This document shows positions 9,690-19,702 of a stretch of DNA of 64,000 bases, one piece after another (positions within the stretch are counted from its first letter, which is position 1; every line of letters starts with the position of its first letter). The notes beneath the pieces were generated by a model. It was given only the letters and a program-made list of their open reading frames with translations. It made no database searches and had not been told where the DNA came from. Source of the DNA: Candidatus Uhrbacteria bacterium (GTDB lineage Bacteria > Patescibacteriota > Patescibacteriia > UBA9934 > GWF2-40-263); contig JACQSF010000005.1 of the NCBI GenBank assembly GCA_016206085.1, positions 1,337-65,336 on the forward strand. Direction: 5' to 3'. A program made the translations under genes and the position numbers.

Positions 9690-10076
9690 TTACGTCTTTG
9701 TGAGGGTTCGGCGGCCGCTTCCCATTGTCTTACGAGCGTTTCCACGAACGGTGCGAGAGTTACTCTTCGTGCGTTGTCCACGAACCGGCAGACTCTTCGC
9801 GTGGCGAGTTCCTCGGTACGAACCGATTTCTTTTAACCGCTTGATACTCGAGAGACGATCACGTCGGAGGTCTCCTTCAAGACGGAAGTTCTTCTCAAGC
9901 AGGGTACGGATCGCATTCACTTGATCATCCGTGAGATTCTTTGTTCGGATGTTTTCATCTACCGTTGCCTGGGCGAGGATTTTTTTTGACGTTGACAGAC
10001 CAACACCGTATACATAGGTGAGGGCGATGACGATACGTTTGTCGTTTGGAATGGAGATACCAGCAATACGTGCCAT
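9690..10076 (-). CDS. rpsM: 30S ribosomal protein S13
   Basis: [20 protein letters not shown]. Confidence 0.98.
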   Translation of the reverse strand: MARIAGISIPNDKRIVIALTYVYGVGLSTSKKILAQATVDENIRTKNLTDDQVNAIRTLLEKNFRLEGDLRRDRLSSIKRLKEIGSYRGTRHAKSLPVRGQRTKSNSRTVRGNARKTMGSGRRTLTKT

Positions 10077-10081
10077 AGAAG

Positions 10082-10195
10082 TTATCCTTGTCGTTGCTTA
10101 TGACGTGGGTTCTTACAAATCACAACCACCCGACCTTCACGACGGATGACTTTACAATCACGACAAATTTTTTTTGCTGATGCTCGTACTTTCAT
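10082..10195 (-). CDS. rpmJ: 50S ribosomal protein L36 (not in ORF track)
   Basis: Hand translation [37 protein letters not shown]. Confidence 0.97.
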   Translation of the reverse strand: MKVRASAKKICRDCKVIRREGRVVVICKNPRHKQRQG

Positions 10196-10232
10196 AACGA
10201 CAAACGTCATCGATCCCTTCGATGACGCTGGG

Positions 10233-10454
10233 TCAAAAACGATACACGACCCGACCCTTCGTCAGATCGTAAGGACTGATTTCCACCTTGACTTCATCTC
10301 CTGGAAGAAGACGGATTCTGAATTTCCGCATTTTTCCTGAGAGGTGACCCGTGATGAACTGTCCATTTTCTAATTTAATTTTGAAGTTCGCGGCCGGCAG
10401 AAGCTCCTCAACCGTTCCCCGCATCTCAATGAAATCTTTTGACGCATTTACCAT
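10233..10454 (-). CDS. infA: Translation initiation factor IF-1
   Basis: GHLSGKMR...[21 protein letters not shown]. Confidence 0.97.
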   Translation of the reverse strand: MVNASKDFIEMRGTVEELLPAANFKIKLENGQFITGHLSGKMRKFRIRLLPGDEVKVEISPYDLTKGRVVYRF

Positions 10455-10576
10455 AAGAAATAGCGACCGCATTCTAGCACCTGCGTACAAAATCAGCAAG
10501 AAATCAATGAGTTTAGGGCGCCGGTATTGTACTGATGAACGGTATTACTGTCAAGAATCAATAGTGGATAGCTTTT

Positions 10577-12346
10577 TTACTCTAAAATGGCCTTAATTCT
10601 GCGCACTCCTCCAGCAACCGCCTCCTCCTTTACAATTTTGAAGTGACCTAAAAGTCCTGTGTGTTGAACATGTGGACCCCCACAAACCTCCTTACTGTAG
10701 TATTCTCCGGTTGCTTCATTCCCGATGAGGTAGACCTTGATCTTATCTCCCAGTGTGGCGTACTTGTCCTCAAAAAGTCCAATCGCCCCACGAGACTTTG
10801 CTTCTTCCAGAGTGAGCATCAGAAAATGAACTGGGAGATCCTTGCGAATGTTCTCGTTTACCAAATTTTCGACTTCAAGTACCTGTTCTGCCGTCATCTT
10901 CTCAGGATGTGAAAAATCAAATCGAAGACGCTCGGGAGTAATGTTAGACCCCTTTTGTGCGACATGAGAACCCAACACAGATCGCAATGCCTGGTGCAAC
11001 ATATGTGTTGCTGTGTGAAGTTTCACCGTCGCCTCCGAGGTGTCGGCAAGTCCGCCGGCAAACTTCTGCTCCGAACCGGCGCGGGAAAGATCTTGATGTT
11101 TCTTGAACTCGGCTTCAAACGAATCGTGGTCGATCTCCTGTCCGTACTCCCGAGCGATCTCCTCGGTAAGCTCCAATGGGAATCCGAATGTCTGGTACAA
11201 ATCAAATGCATTAACCCCTGTGATGTTTTTGTTTCTTTCCCAAAGTTTTAACACCTCACGTTCCCCTTTTTCGAGCGTCTTGGTAAATCGCTCCTGCTCT
11301 TTTTGAATTTCCTCGAGGATGATCGTCTTTTGTTGACCTAGTGAAGGATAGGCTTCACGAAGGGTCTCTATGGCTGATTCAGCAATTGAAACAAAAAATG
11401 CTGGATCGCCGGCCACCTGTTTATAGGTTCGAATGGCTCGACGTAGAAGTCGACGCAAGATATACCCTTGGTCTTTGTTGGATGGAACCATCCCATCGGC
11501 AATAATCATGATAGCGGCTCGAAGATGATCCACGATAATACGTCCATGACGCGAAACGTGTGCAGCATCAGAATGAAGATGGAGTGTTTGAAAAATCGGT
11601 ACAAATAATTCGGTATCAAATACACTTCGCGTCCCATTGAGCACCACGAGCGTGCGCTCAAGTCCCATGCCTGTGTCTACATTGGGTTTTTCCAGCTTTT
11701 CAAACGTTCCATCTTCACGTTTGTTGTACTGCATGAAGACATCATTCCAAATTTCAACCCAACGATGATCCTCTGGATCAAAATTCTCAGGAGCAGCTTC
11801 ATCGCCCACCCAATAAAACATTTCTGTATCCGGTCCGCATGGACCCGTCTGTCCGGCTGGTCCCCACCAATTATCTTTCTTTCCAAGCTTGGCAATTCGC
11901 TTTTCAGAGATGCCCTGGCTCACCCATAATTGGTAGGCCTCCTCATCAAACGGTGCATCCGAGTCGCCGGCGAAAACAGAAACGGCGAGTTTCTTAACGG
12001 GGATTCCCAATTCTCTCGTAAGAAACTCGTAACTCCACTCGATGGCCTCTTTTTTGAAATAGTCCTGGAGCGACCAGTTTCCCAGCATCTCAAAAAATGT
12101 GAGGTGCGTGTCGTCACCCACCTCTTCAATATCCCCGGTACGAACGCATTTTTGTACGCTCGTAAGTCGACGCCCTTGCGGATGCGGTTCACCCAGCAGA
12201 TACGGAACCAGTGGGTGCATCCCCGCGGTCGTAAACAAAACCGTCGGATCGTTTTCTGGAATGAGAGAGGCCGATGGGATTCTCTTGTGTCCTTGAGATT
12301 CGAAGAATTTCAAATATTTTTCTCGAAGTTCCTGGGCAGTCATCAT
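10577..12346 (-). CDS. alaS: Alanine--tRNA ligase, short form lacking the C-Ala domain
   Basis: LFTTAGMHPL, HLTFFEMLGN, DTGMGLER, editing HTATH and CGGPH; ends GGVRRIKAILE. Confidence 0.97.
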   Translation of the reverse strand: MMTAQELREKYLKFFESQGHKRIPSASLIPENDPTVLFTTAGMHPLVPYLLGEPHPQGRRLTSVQKCVRTGDIEEVGDDTHLTFFEMLGNWSLQDYFKKEAIEWSYEFLTRELGIPVKKLAVSVFAGDSDAPFDEEAYQLWVSQGISEKRIAKLGKKDNWWGPAGQTGPCGPDTEMFYWVGDEAAPENFDPEDHRWVEIWNDVFMQYNKREDGTFEKLEKPNVDTGMGLERTLVVLNGTRSVFDTELFVPIFQTLHLHSDAAHVSRHGRIIVDHLRAAIMIIADGMVPSNKDQGYILRRLLRRAIRTYKQVAGDPAFFVSIAESAIETLREAYPSLGQQKTIILEEIQKEQERFTKTLEKGEREVLKLWERNKNITGVNAFDLYQTFGFPLELTEEIAREYGQEIDHDSFEAEFKKHQDLSRAGSEQKFAGGLADTSEATVKLHTATHMLHQALRSVLGSHVAQKGSNITPERLRFDFSHPEKMTAEQVLEVENLVNENIRKDLPVHFLMLTLEEAKSRGAIGLFEDKYATLGDKIKVYLIGNEATGEYYSKEVCGGPHVQHTGLLGHFKIVKEEAVAGGVRRIKAILE

Positions 12347-12385
12347 AGTGGTTGCTACTCTAACACCTTGATATTTTTGATTCAA

Positions 12386-13993
12386 TTATCCATCGGACAC
12401 AACCTCTTGTGGGCGCGACTGGCGCAAGGTGCTGCGTTTCAAGCTTTCAAAGAATCGCTTTTGTTCTTCGACGCGCAACAAGGAGGCAATTCCGACATAG
12501 ACGAGCAGTCCGAGGCCACCAGCTAAGATTGCTTGAAACAAGACACCGAAAAAACTCTCCAGAGAGAGGAACGTCAAAACAACCGGTTTGCCCAATTGCA
12601 TCACCAGACCCGCAAGCATGCCCGCAACGCTTAGTTTAAACACAAGCGTAAGAATGCTCGATTCCCTTAGTGTTCCGAGTTTTTGCCGCAGAAAAATCCA
12701 CAGCAAGAGCGCATTCACAAGTGAGGCGATCGAATAGGCAATGGCGAGCGCGATGACTCCGAATTGATCTTTGAGAAGAAACGCACTGAGAATACCCACC
12801 AGAGCTGACACTAAAGCGATGATGAGTGGTGAAAGCGTATCGTGGAGCGCATAAAACGCCCGAGCCAGGACAAAAATCATGGATTGAGGAATAAAGGTGA
12901 GGGCAAAAAAAGCAAGCGTGTCGGCTGTGGCAATGGTTGCGGCCCAATCAAACGCGCCCGCTCCGACAACAACCCGAACAATCTGCGCACGGAAAATCAA
13001 AAAAAGAAGCATCATGGGCACAAGCAAGTACAACAATTGGCGTGTTGTACTGACGATGGTTTCAATCAGACCTTGCGTGTCGTTTCGGCTTGCCATTTCA
13101 GAGAGCGTCGGAAAAACCGCGATCGCAAAAGAAACACCGATAATTCCGACAGGGAAAAATTCAATATTGTAGGCGAACTGGAAAACCGTGAGGGAGCCTA
13201 CGACAAAAGTCGACGCGATGACCGTGAGGAGCAAAAGCATCAACTGGTTGATCGCCAGTCCCACAGTCCGTGGTCCCATCAATCTGAGCATTTCTCGTAT
13301 GTCTTTTGCTCCTGGTTGGAACTTCCACTTATACCGGTATCCGCTCTCCCAGACACCAACCACCTGGACACAAAAATGAAGAAGAGCCCCAAGAACAACT
13401 CCCCATGCAAGCCCAATACTTCCAACGAGATCCACAAGCCACAAGGCTCCAACAATAATTCCGACATTGTAAAAAATGGGCGCGAGCGAAAAGAGGAGAA
13501 ACTTTTTTAAACTTTGAAGCACGGAACCATAAATCATGGAGATGGCTAAAAAAATCTGAGCAAGAAACATGACCCGCATGAAGTCCGCAACTCGAAGTTG
13601 CTTTGCTTCTTCGAATCCTGGAGAAACGAGTATCGCGAGCGGTTCGGCAAACAGAACAAGTCCTAGGGAAACGACAACAATCACTCCTCCAATCAAATGC
13701 AGCGCGTTATTCGTAAATTCCCAGGCCCGCGCCTTCTTGAGAGGTTTCTGGTAATGGGATAAAAAAAGAGGAATGAAACTGGCCGAAAGAGCACCGACAA
13801 CAATTAAACTAAACAACAAGTCCGGAATCTTGAACGCGGCGTAATAGACATCAAGTGTATCCCCTGCTCCGAATGTTCCCGCCAGGATTCGGTCGCGAAC
13901 AAGGCCAACAATACGACTCGCAAACGAAAACACTCCCACAATCGTCGCGGCTCCCATAATGGTTTTTGATTCTCGCTGAAGAAATTTAAGCAT
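12386..13993 (-). CDS. murJ: Lipid II flippase MurJ
   Basis: SRIVGLVRDRILA, DVYYAAFKIPD, GALSASFIP, ARAFYALHDT. Confidence 0.93.
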   Translation of the reverse strand: MLKFLQRESKTIMGAATIVGVFSFASRIVGLVRDRILAGTFGAGDTLDVYYAAFKIPDLLFSLIVVGALSASFIPLFLSHYQKPLKKARAWEFTNNALHLIGGVIVVVSLGLVLFAEPLAILVSPGFEEAKQLRVADFMRVMFLAQIFLAISMIYGSVLQSLKKFLLFSLAPIFYNVGIIVGALWLVDLVGSIGLAWGVVLGALLHFCVQVVGVWESGYRYKWKFQPGAKDIREMLRLMGPRTVGLAINQLMLLLLTVIASTFVVGSLTVFQFAYNIEFFPVGIIGVSFAIAVFPTLSEMASRNDTQGLIETIVSTTRQLLYLLVPMMLLFLIFRAQIVRVVVGAGAFDWAATIATADTLAFFALTFIPQSMIFVLARAFYALHDTLSPLIIALVSALVGILSAFLLKDQFGVIALAIAYSIASLVNALLLWIFLRQKLGTLRESSILTLVFKLSVAGMLAGLVMQLGKPVVLTFLSLESFFGVLFQAILAGGLGLLVYVGIASLLRVEEQKRFFESLKRSTLRQSRPQEVVSDG

Positions 13994-13995
13994 GG

Positions 13996-15123
13996 CTACT
14001 CCTGTTTCTTTCCAAGACGAACGAATGAAGCAACACCAATGAGCAGCAAGACAAGTAATGAGATCACCGAAGTGAGAATGAGTGGATTCTTCAGGTGAAA
14101 AAAGGGAACGAAAACCGTGGTTGTTTCCGAGATTATTTTCCCACTCTTATCCGTTATTGTTAACGTAACAGGAAACGCTCCCGACGTGTTATACACATGT
14201 TGGATATCAGACTTGGATGACGTCACTCCATCGCCAAAATTCCAAATGCTCACAACCTGTTCCGATCTATTTGTTCGTACCGTAAATGTGAATGCATTCC
14301 AATCGTCTTGCGTATAGGTAAAAACCGCGTTAGGCGATAGGTGAATCTCTTGATCGTCTACGGAAACCTCTGGTGGCTTTTCCTGTGTTGTGGGCACCGA
14401 CTCTTTGATTGTTTTTGCTACTTCCTCAACGATTTTTTGAAAGGCCTCTGAGCTTGGAACGGCCGTCTCCTGTGCGACTGGCTCGGGTTCTTCTTCAACA
14501 ACCGTTTGGTCAGCATCCGTTGGATAGGCGTCATCCTGGTCTGTCACACCATCTCCATCCGTGTCTTGCTGTGTTGAGTTTGTGCTCAGCTCCGCTTCGA
14601 CTTCATCGGATAGTCCATCATTATCATCGTCTGGGTCACATACATCCCCTTGCCCATCTGCGTCCGTATCCAGCTGGGCATTGTTGGATTCGTCTGGACA
14701 GTTGTCATTTGCATTGTCGATCCCGTCACGATCATTGTCTACAACGGGAGTGAACGTCGACGTGAGCGCTGAATCATTACTTGAGTTAATATCAATCGGA
14801 TCCATTCCTCGAAGGAGCGCTAAGATATTGAACGAACCCTCAGGAACAATAAAATCAATATAGACTTCTTCGGGACTCCCATCAGCAAGCAGAGAGATCA
14901 CGAGCGAATCGTCAATAAGGGTTGCTCCTTGATAGAAGCTCACATAGCCCGATACATCCTCGTCCCCAACGTTATACACTTTTGCATAAATACGAACCTG
15001 ATCCCCAGCGACAAGAACGTCGGAAGAAAAACGGATATCTGTCGGACTGATAGACAAATCTGCAGCCGCGTGTGCTGCTAGAGGAAGAAGGAAGAATCCA
15101 AGGACAATAAAAAAAGGCTTCAT
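13996..15123 (-). CDS. Surface protein with CARDB, thrombospondin type-3 repeats, PKD domain and C-terminal TM anchor
   Basis: Signal peptide; ADLSI...VYNVG; DNDRDGIDNANDNCP and DTDGDG repeats; WNFGDG...HVY. Confidence 0.8.
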   Translation of the reverse strand: MKPFFIVLGFFLLPLAAHAAADLSISPTDIRFSSDVLVAGDQVRIYAKVYNVGDEDVSGYVSFYQGATLIDDSLVISLLADGSPEEVYIDFIVPEGSFNILALLRGMDPIDINSSNDSALTSTFTPVVDNDRDGIDNANDNCPDESNNAQLDTDADGQGDVCDPDDDNDGLSDEVEAELSTNSTQQDTDGDGVTDQDDAYPTDADQTVVEEEPEPVAQETAVPSSEAFQKIVEEVAKTIKESVPTTQEKPPEVSVDDQEIHLSPNAVFTYTQDDWNAFTFTVRTNRSEQVVSIWNFGDGVTSSKSDIQHVYNTSGAFPVTLTITDKSGKIISETTTVFVPFFHLKNPLILTSVISLLVLLLIGVASFVRLGKKQE

Positions 15124-15842
15124 AGGCGGTCTCGTTCCTTTGTTGCCGGATGACCAAACGTATAGTGGAACCGATTGTGACGGATGGGGCCCAGAAACGC
15201 CAAGTGAAGTTCTGCCAATAAATACTTGATGGCGATCTTCATCCGTCCATCTCGATCAAGCCGACGAATGGAAACCGGAATTTTTGTCGATTTTAAAAAA
15301 CCAAAATATCCATGTTCTACTGCACGACGGGCATAATCATGGTCTTCACAGAAGGTCACTCGTTCATCAAATCCCCCAATTTTTTCATGAAGCGTACGAC
15401 GTGTCAGCATACAAAATCCTGGAGCGTGCGGATACAGAGACCCCCAAGCGCGAGCATAGGTGTTGTACGCTTGGTGAAGAAAATGATCGAGGTACTGTTC
15501 AGAAAGTGGAAATACGTCACACGTAGCGAGATCGAGTTTACGCTCCAACATCTCCCCGACGGCTTTCTCTAAAAACTCTGGATCGCGGAGCTCAACATCG
15601 GCATCCAAAAAAAGGATGAACGTTGTTTGCACTTCACGAGCTCCCGCGTTTCGACCAAAAGAAATGAGCCCCCCCTCCACAACCCTTGCCCCGAATGATC
15701 GAGCGATCTCTCGTGTACGATCTGTTGATTGTGCATCAGCCACAATAACCTCTGCAGGACGCATGGTCTGTTTAGAAATGGATTCAAGAAGACGAGGAAG
15801 ATACGCTTCCTCATTTTTTGTCGGAATAACAATCGTCAACAT
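15120..15842 (-). CDS. GT2 glycosyltransferase
   Basis: IVIPTKNEE, ADAQSTD, FLDAD, GGFDE...ED. Confidence 0.9.
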   Translation of the reverse strand: MLTIVIPTKNEEAYLPRLLESISKQTMRPAEVIVADAQSTDRTREIARSFGARVVEGGLISFGRNAGAREVQTTFILFLDADVELRDPEFLEKAVGEMLERKLDLATCDVFPLSEQYLDHFLHQAYNTYARAWGSLYPHAPGFCMLTRRTLHEKIGGFDERVTFCEDHDYARRAVEHGYFGFLKSTKIPVSIRRLDRDGRMKIAIKYLLAELHLAFLGPIRHNRFHYTFGHPATKERDRL

Positions 15843-15851
15843 AGGTCTATT

Positions 15852-16301
15852 TTAGCTTGGTCGACGTGTAAGGGCAAACAACGCAATCCCCGTCGCGACA
15901 GAAACATTGAGAGACTGTTTGCGACCGATCATGGGGATCTCCAGAGTCACGTCGCATTGAGCCAAAAGAGGAGCCTCAATGCCGGAGACTTCATTACCCA
16001 GGATGATCGCATTTTGTCCGATTGGACAAAATTGATCGATGCGTGTTGTCTGTGGACCATTTTCCAGGGCAAGAATTGTGCACCCTCTTAACCTTAGTTG
16101 AGCAACAAGATCGAGAACGTCTTGTGCCCGCTCCCAGGCGACTCGGTGCTCACTCCCCAGTGCCACCTTCGCAATCTCTTTGCGCGGAGGCGTGCCTGTA
16201 ATACCGGTCAAATAGAGCTTCTCCACGCCAAAGACATCACACGCCCGGAAGATCGAACCGACGTTATGGAGCGAGCGAATATTGTGCGCGATAACAATCA
16301 T
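15852..16301 (-). CDS. SpoU/TrmH-family RNA methyltransferase
   Basis: NVGSIFR, GNEVSG, IPM...SLNVSVA SPOUT motifs. Confidence 0.9.
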   Translation of the reverse strand: MIVIAHNIRSLHNVGSIFRACDVFGVEKLYLTGITGTPPRKEIAKVALGSEHRVAWERAQDVLDLVAQLRLRGCTILALENGPQTTRIDQFCPIGQNAIILGNEVSGIEAPLLAQCDVTLEIPMIGRKQSLNVSVATGIALFALTRRPS

Positions 16302-16342
16302 AGCTTGTAAAAATAGCCGTAAACACGTACTCTGCCCGCGAT

Positions 16343-17470
16343 ATGTCCAGCCCCTGTCCTCAGAAGGATGTGTGCGGTTCCTGTTCCTGGTCACACATCC
16401 TATATGAGAAACAACTCAAGCAAAAACGCTCCGACATCAACGGCTCATTTGGCTTGAAAAAGCTTCCACCGTGGTGCGAGACCATCCTCCCATCCCCGGT
16501 GACCGAACATTACCGCAACCGGATGGATTTTGTGATCGACTTTGAAGGACGGGTCGGGATGCGGGAGAAGGGCAAATGGTGGAGGGTCGTTGATGGAAAC
16601 ACGTGCTTTCTCGCGGACAAGCAGATTGATGACTTGTTTGTGAAGGTTCGGGAGTGGGTGAAGCAAAGTGGTTTGTCGTACTACGATCGAAAAGCCCACA
16701 CAGGATTTCTGCGCTACGCTGTGATCCGATCGACCACGCTGGGAGAGACGATGGTCAATCTCGTGACCTCTGTTCTACCCGATGAGGAGGCAATCGATTT
16801 TGTCCGATCGGACAAAATCGTATCAGCTCCATTTCACCCAACGACCTTCATCTGGTTCCAAAACTCAACGATCACGGACGTGAGCTTCGGTGACACACTC
16901 AAAATCATCTCCGGACCTGGGTTCGTCGAGGAAGAAATCCTCGGACACCGCTACCGCATCAGCCCCAACGCCTTCTTCCAAACCAACCCCCATGGAGCAG
17001 CACTCCTCCTCCAAACGGTCGAAGAGTTTTGCGGAGATCTGTCGGGAAAAACCTTACTCGACCTCTACTGTGGTTCCGGATTTTTTTCCGTTGCACTCGC
17101 AAACCGAGCCACACGCGCAATCGGAGTAGAGATGGTTCAAGAGGCTATAGACGATGCTCGCGTAAATGCTCAACTCAACAATGTAAACGTCGAGTTCCAC
17201 GACGCAAAAACAGAAGAATTTGACTGGACCAAGCTTGGCGCAGATGTCGTGATCCTCGATCCACCGCGCAGTGGGATGCATGACAAGGCACTCGCGGACA
17301 TCCTGAAAAACCCACCCAAAGAAATCGTCTACGTCTCCTGCAACTTCAAGAATTTCGCGCGCGAAATGGTACAATTGCAAAAAGTCTACCGGGTCGACAC
17401 CATGCGGGCGATCGACATGTTCCCTCACACCCCGCATGTTGAACTTGTTACAAAACTCACCATCCGGTAG
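16343..17470 (+). CDS. rlmD: RlmD/TrmA-family RNA m5U methyltransferase (no TRAM domain)
   Basis: CxxxxxCGSC, AFFQTN, DLYCGSG, DPPRSG, YVSCN, DMFPHTPHVE. Confidence 0.88.
   Translation: MSSPCPQKDVCGSCSWSHILYEKQLKQKRSDINGSFGLKKLPPWCETILPSPVTEHYRNRMDFVIDFEGRVGMREKGKWWRVVDGNTCFLADKQIDDLFVKVREWVKQSGLSYYDRKAHTGFLRYAVIRSTTLGETMVNLVTSVLPDEEAIDFVRSDKIVSAPFHPTTFIWFQNSTITDVSFGDTLKIISGPGFVEEEILGHRYRISPNAFFQTNPHGAALLLQTVEEFCGDLSGKTLLDLYCGSGFFSVALANRATRAIGVEMVQEAIDDARVNAQLNNVNVEFHDAKTEEFDWTKLGADVVILDPPRSGMHDKALADILKNPPKEIVYVSCNFKNFAREMVQLQKVYRVDTMRAIDMFPHTPHVELVTKLTIR
16795..16820. repeat. Perfect 26-bp palindrome inside rlmD (TGTCCGATCGGACA family)
   Basis: CGATTTTGTCCGATCGGACAAAATCG; related cores occur between genes at 49548 and 49656. 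Confidence 0.8.
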
Positions 17471-17517
17471 CCGCAGGCTTCAGCCTGCGCTGAACGCGGG
17501 CTAAAGCCCGCGGCTAC
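17467..17517. repeat. GTAG-type REP doublet (REPIN-like)
   Basis: GTAGCCGCAGGCTTCAGCCTGCG plus inverted CGCGGGCTAAAGCCCGCGGCTAC. Confidence 0.85.
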
Positions 17518-17527
17518 CACATACTCT

Positions 17528-18379
17528 ATGCTAAAGTCCGGATTCGTCGTCATGATTGGACGATCAAACGTTGGTAAATCAACGCTCATGAATTCCATCG
17601 TGGGTTCAAAGATCGCCATCACGACCCCCAAACCCCAAACCACTCGCTTACCCATTCAGGGCATCATTACCCGACCGGAGGGTCAGATCGTTTTTGTCGA
17701 TACTCCAGGAATTTTGCGTGGAGCAAAGGACCCGCTTTCAAAACGTCTTGCCCAGGCCGTCGGTTCGTCCCTACAGGATGTTGATGCCGTGGCTTACATT
17801 GTCGATCCTACGCGAGAGATCGGTCAGGAAGAACGCGAGGTTATGCGGATGATCGAGAGCCTCGACAAACCTAAAGTCCTTGTCATCAACAAAATCGATC
17901 TTCGCGACAAACCCTATCTCGAGTTCTACCGAGACCTTTCAGAAAACTACACGAAGACGGTTGAGGTCTCGGCTTTGCGCGGAACCCATGTCGATACGCT
18001 CGTCGAGACGCTTTTTGAACTTCTTCCTGAGGGTGAATTCTACTATCCCGAGCATCAGCTTACGGACATGCCAAATAAAATCTGGCTTGCAGAGCTCATT
18101 CGCGAGAAACTTTTTTTACGACTTCGGCAGGAGGTCCCCTACTCCACTCACGTTGTGGTGACAGATGTTGAAGAACGTGAGAACGGGATGATGTACATTG
18201 CAGGAACCATTTTTACCACAGACGACCGCTACAAGAGTATGATCATCGGACAGGGCGGTCGGGGCATCCGCGAAATCGGACAGTCCACGCGCAAGGAACT
18301 TGAAGGGGTCATGGGATCGAAAGTGTACCTTGATCTCAATGTCGAAGTGGACCCGCATTGGATGATGCGATTTGAGTAA
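17528..18379 (+). CDS. era: GTPase Era
   Basis: GRSNVGKST, PQTTR, DTPG, NKID, KH-domain IIGQGG. Confidence 0.96.
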   Translation: MLKSGFVVMIGRSNVGKSTLMNSIVGSKIAITTPKPQTTRLPIQGIITRPEGQIVFVDTPGILRGAKDPLSKRLAQAVGSSLQDVDAVAYIVDPTREIGQEEREVMRMIESLDKPKVLVINKIDLRDKPYLEFYRDLSENYTKTVEVSALRGTHVDTLVETLFELLPEGEFYYPEHQLTDMPNKIWLAELIREKLFLRLRQEVPYSTHVVVTDVEERENGMMYIAGTIFTTDDRYKSMIIGQGGRGIREIGQSTRKELEGVMGSKVYLDLNVEVDPHWMMRFE

Positions 18380-18408
18380 AAAACGCAGCCTCACGGGGCT
18401 GCTTTTTT
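18378..18408. terminator. Bidirectional intrinsic terminator
   Basis: AAAAAACGCAGCC-TCACG-GGGCTGCTTTTTT between convergent genes. Confidence 0.6.
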
Positions 18409-19356
18409 ATTGATCTGTGTGATCTCGTATCCGCCGAAGCCTTCTGAGATTCCATCCTTACTCAACAATTCAAGGTTTCCCTGCGAGAGCGGCGTGAGCT
18501 GAATCTCAAGGATAAGAGGATTGTCCACGTTGGCAAGAATTTTGTAACTCGCAAACGCATTCTTTGCCTCAATCACACGCACGGTTGTGCGTACATCATC
18601 GACGAGCAAGGTAAACTCCCCCCAATCTGGATCTGCCTCAAGCGTAAGAAACGAGTCTGTATCAACAGGCTCTTCTTCTGCTTCTATCGATTCCTGCGCT
18701 GATCCCGTAACGGACGAGAGCAACCCAGAAATACTATCCACGACCGATTTGATTCGACCGGTGGCATCCTCAACTTTCAACAGAGACTCATCAAACAGAC
18801 CCAGACTTACTTTCGTCTTTCGTGTACTGACGAGTTCCTCGTATGCGTCTCGTGAGAGCCAGATCAAAGAAGCTCCCACTTCTGCCGCATCTCCCTCGAG
18901 CCAGGCCTCAGGCAACATGAGGGTATCAGCCGATTTTATAGAGGTACTGGCGATTGTGCCTTCTACTACCCGTTCTTCATACGCAGGCTCAGGGGGTTCA
19001 GGAATCTCTGTCCCAATCGGTGAACTCGCATACTGAGCGTCATAACTTTGCTGTGCTGTTTTTGACGCCTCTGTCTCCACCTGTGTCTTTATGAACCATG
19101 AGAGACTCACTTGTTCCCCTGCGATCCACGAATCAATCGTAACGGTACGTTCTTCCTCTTCTCCACCCAACCATCCAACAATCTTTCCCCCCACACCCAA
19201 AACCGTTGGTCGAGTCACAAGCTTATTTCCAGCCAAAAAAGAAAGGGACGCCGCCGCTTCCTCCGGAGTCAGACTCGAAACGTTCGTGGTAGTACAGCCT
19301 GCGCCTACAAAAAGGAGGCACAGAACTGGAATCACGAATAGGTGTTTGACGGTCAT
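18391..19356 (-). CDS. Hypothetical lipoprotein
   Basis: Lipobox-like LLFVGAGC; acidic mature region. Confidence 0.7.
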   Translation of the reverse strand: MTVKHLFVIPVLCLLFVGAGCTTTNVSSLTPEEAAASLSFLAGNKLVTRPTVLGVGGKIVGWLGGEEEERTVTIDSWIAGEQVSLSWFIKTQVETEASKTAQQSYDAQYASSPIGTEIPEPPEPAYEERVVEGTIASTSIKSADTLMLPEAWLEGDAAEVGASLIWLSRDAYEELVSTRKTKVSLGLFDESLLKVEDATGRIKSVVDSISGLLSSVTGSAQESIEAEEEPVDTDSFLTLEADPDWGEFTLLVDDVRTTVRVIEAKNAFASYKILANVDNPLILEIQLTPLSQGNLELLSKDGISEGFGGYEITQINKKAAP

Positions 19357-19361
19357 AGATC

Positions 19362-19625
19362 TTATTCAAGTTTTTTGCCATCTGCCCAGTCGCGGATACG
19401 AGCCTCATCCGTAGCTCCACAAATAAACTGATCTGTGTCTGTATTGTGGAAAAACGGAACTCCCCCACAGCGACCTCCATCGACTTTTTCTAGTTTTCCG
19501 GCATTTTCCTCGTTGTGCCAGGTTTCGAGCTTGGCTATCTCCTTCCCCTCGGAAATAAGCTTATCAACAATGGGCATCATGTGATGACAGTGTGGACACT
19601 CCTCTCCGTAGTAAAAATTGAGCAT
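19362..19625 (-). CDS. Small thioredoxin/glutaredoxin-like protein
   Basis: CPHC motif and GVPFF cis-Pro loop. Confidence 0.85.
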   Translation of the reverse strand: MLNFYYGEECPHCHHMMPIVDKLISEGKEIAKLETWHNEENAGKLEKVDGGRCGGVPFFHNTDTDQFICGATDEARIRDWADGKKLE

Positions 19626-19636
19626 ATACGAACTCT

Positions 19637-19676
19637 CGTCATTGCGATCCGGCCTTCAGGCCGCAGAAGCAATCTC
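19637..19676. repeat. Half copy of a CGTC-tagged palindromic repeat
   Basis: CGTCATTGCGA...GAAGCAATC, same ends as the first half of the 40981 element. Confidence 0.7.
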
Positions 19677-19702
19677 CTAAATTCTTATGGTAGAATTCTA
19701 GC

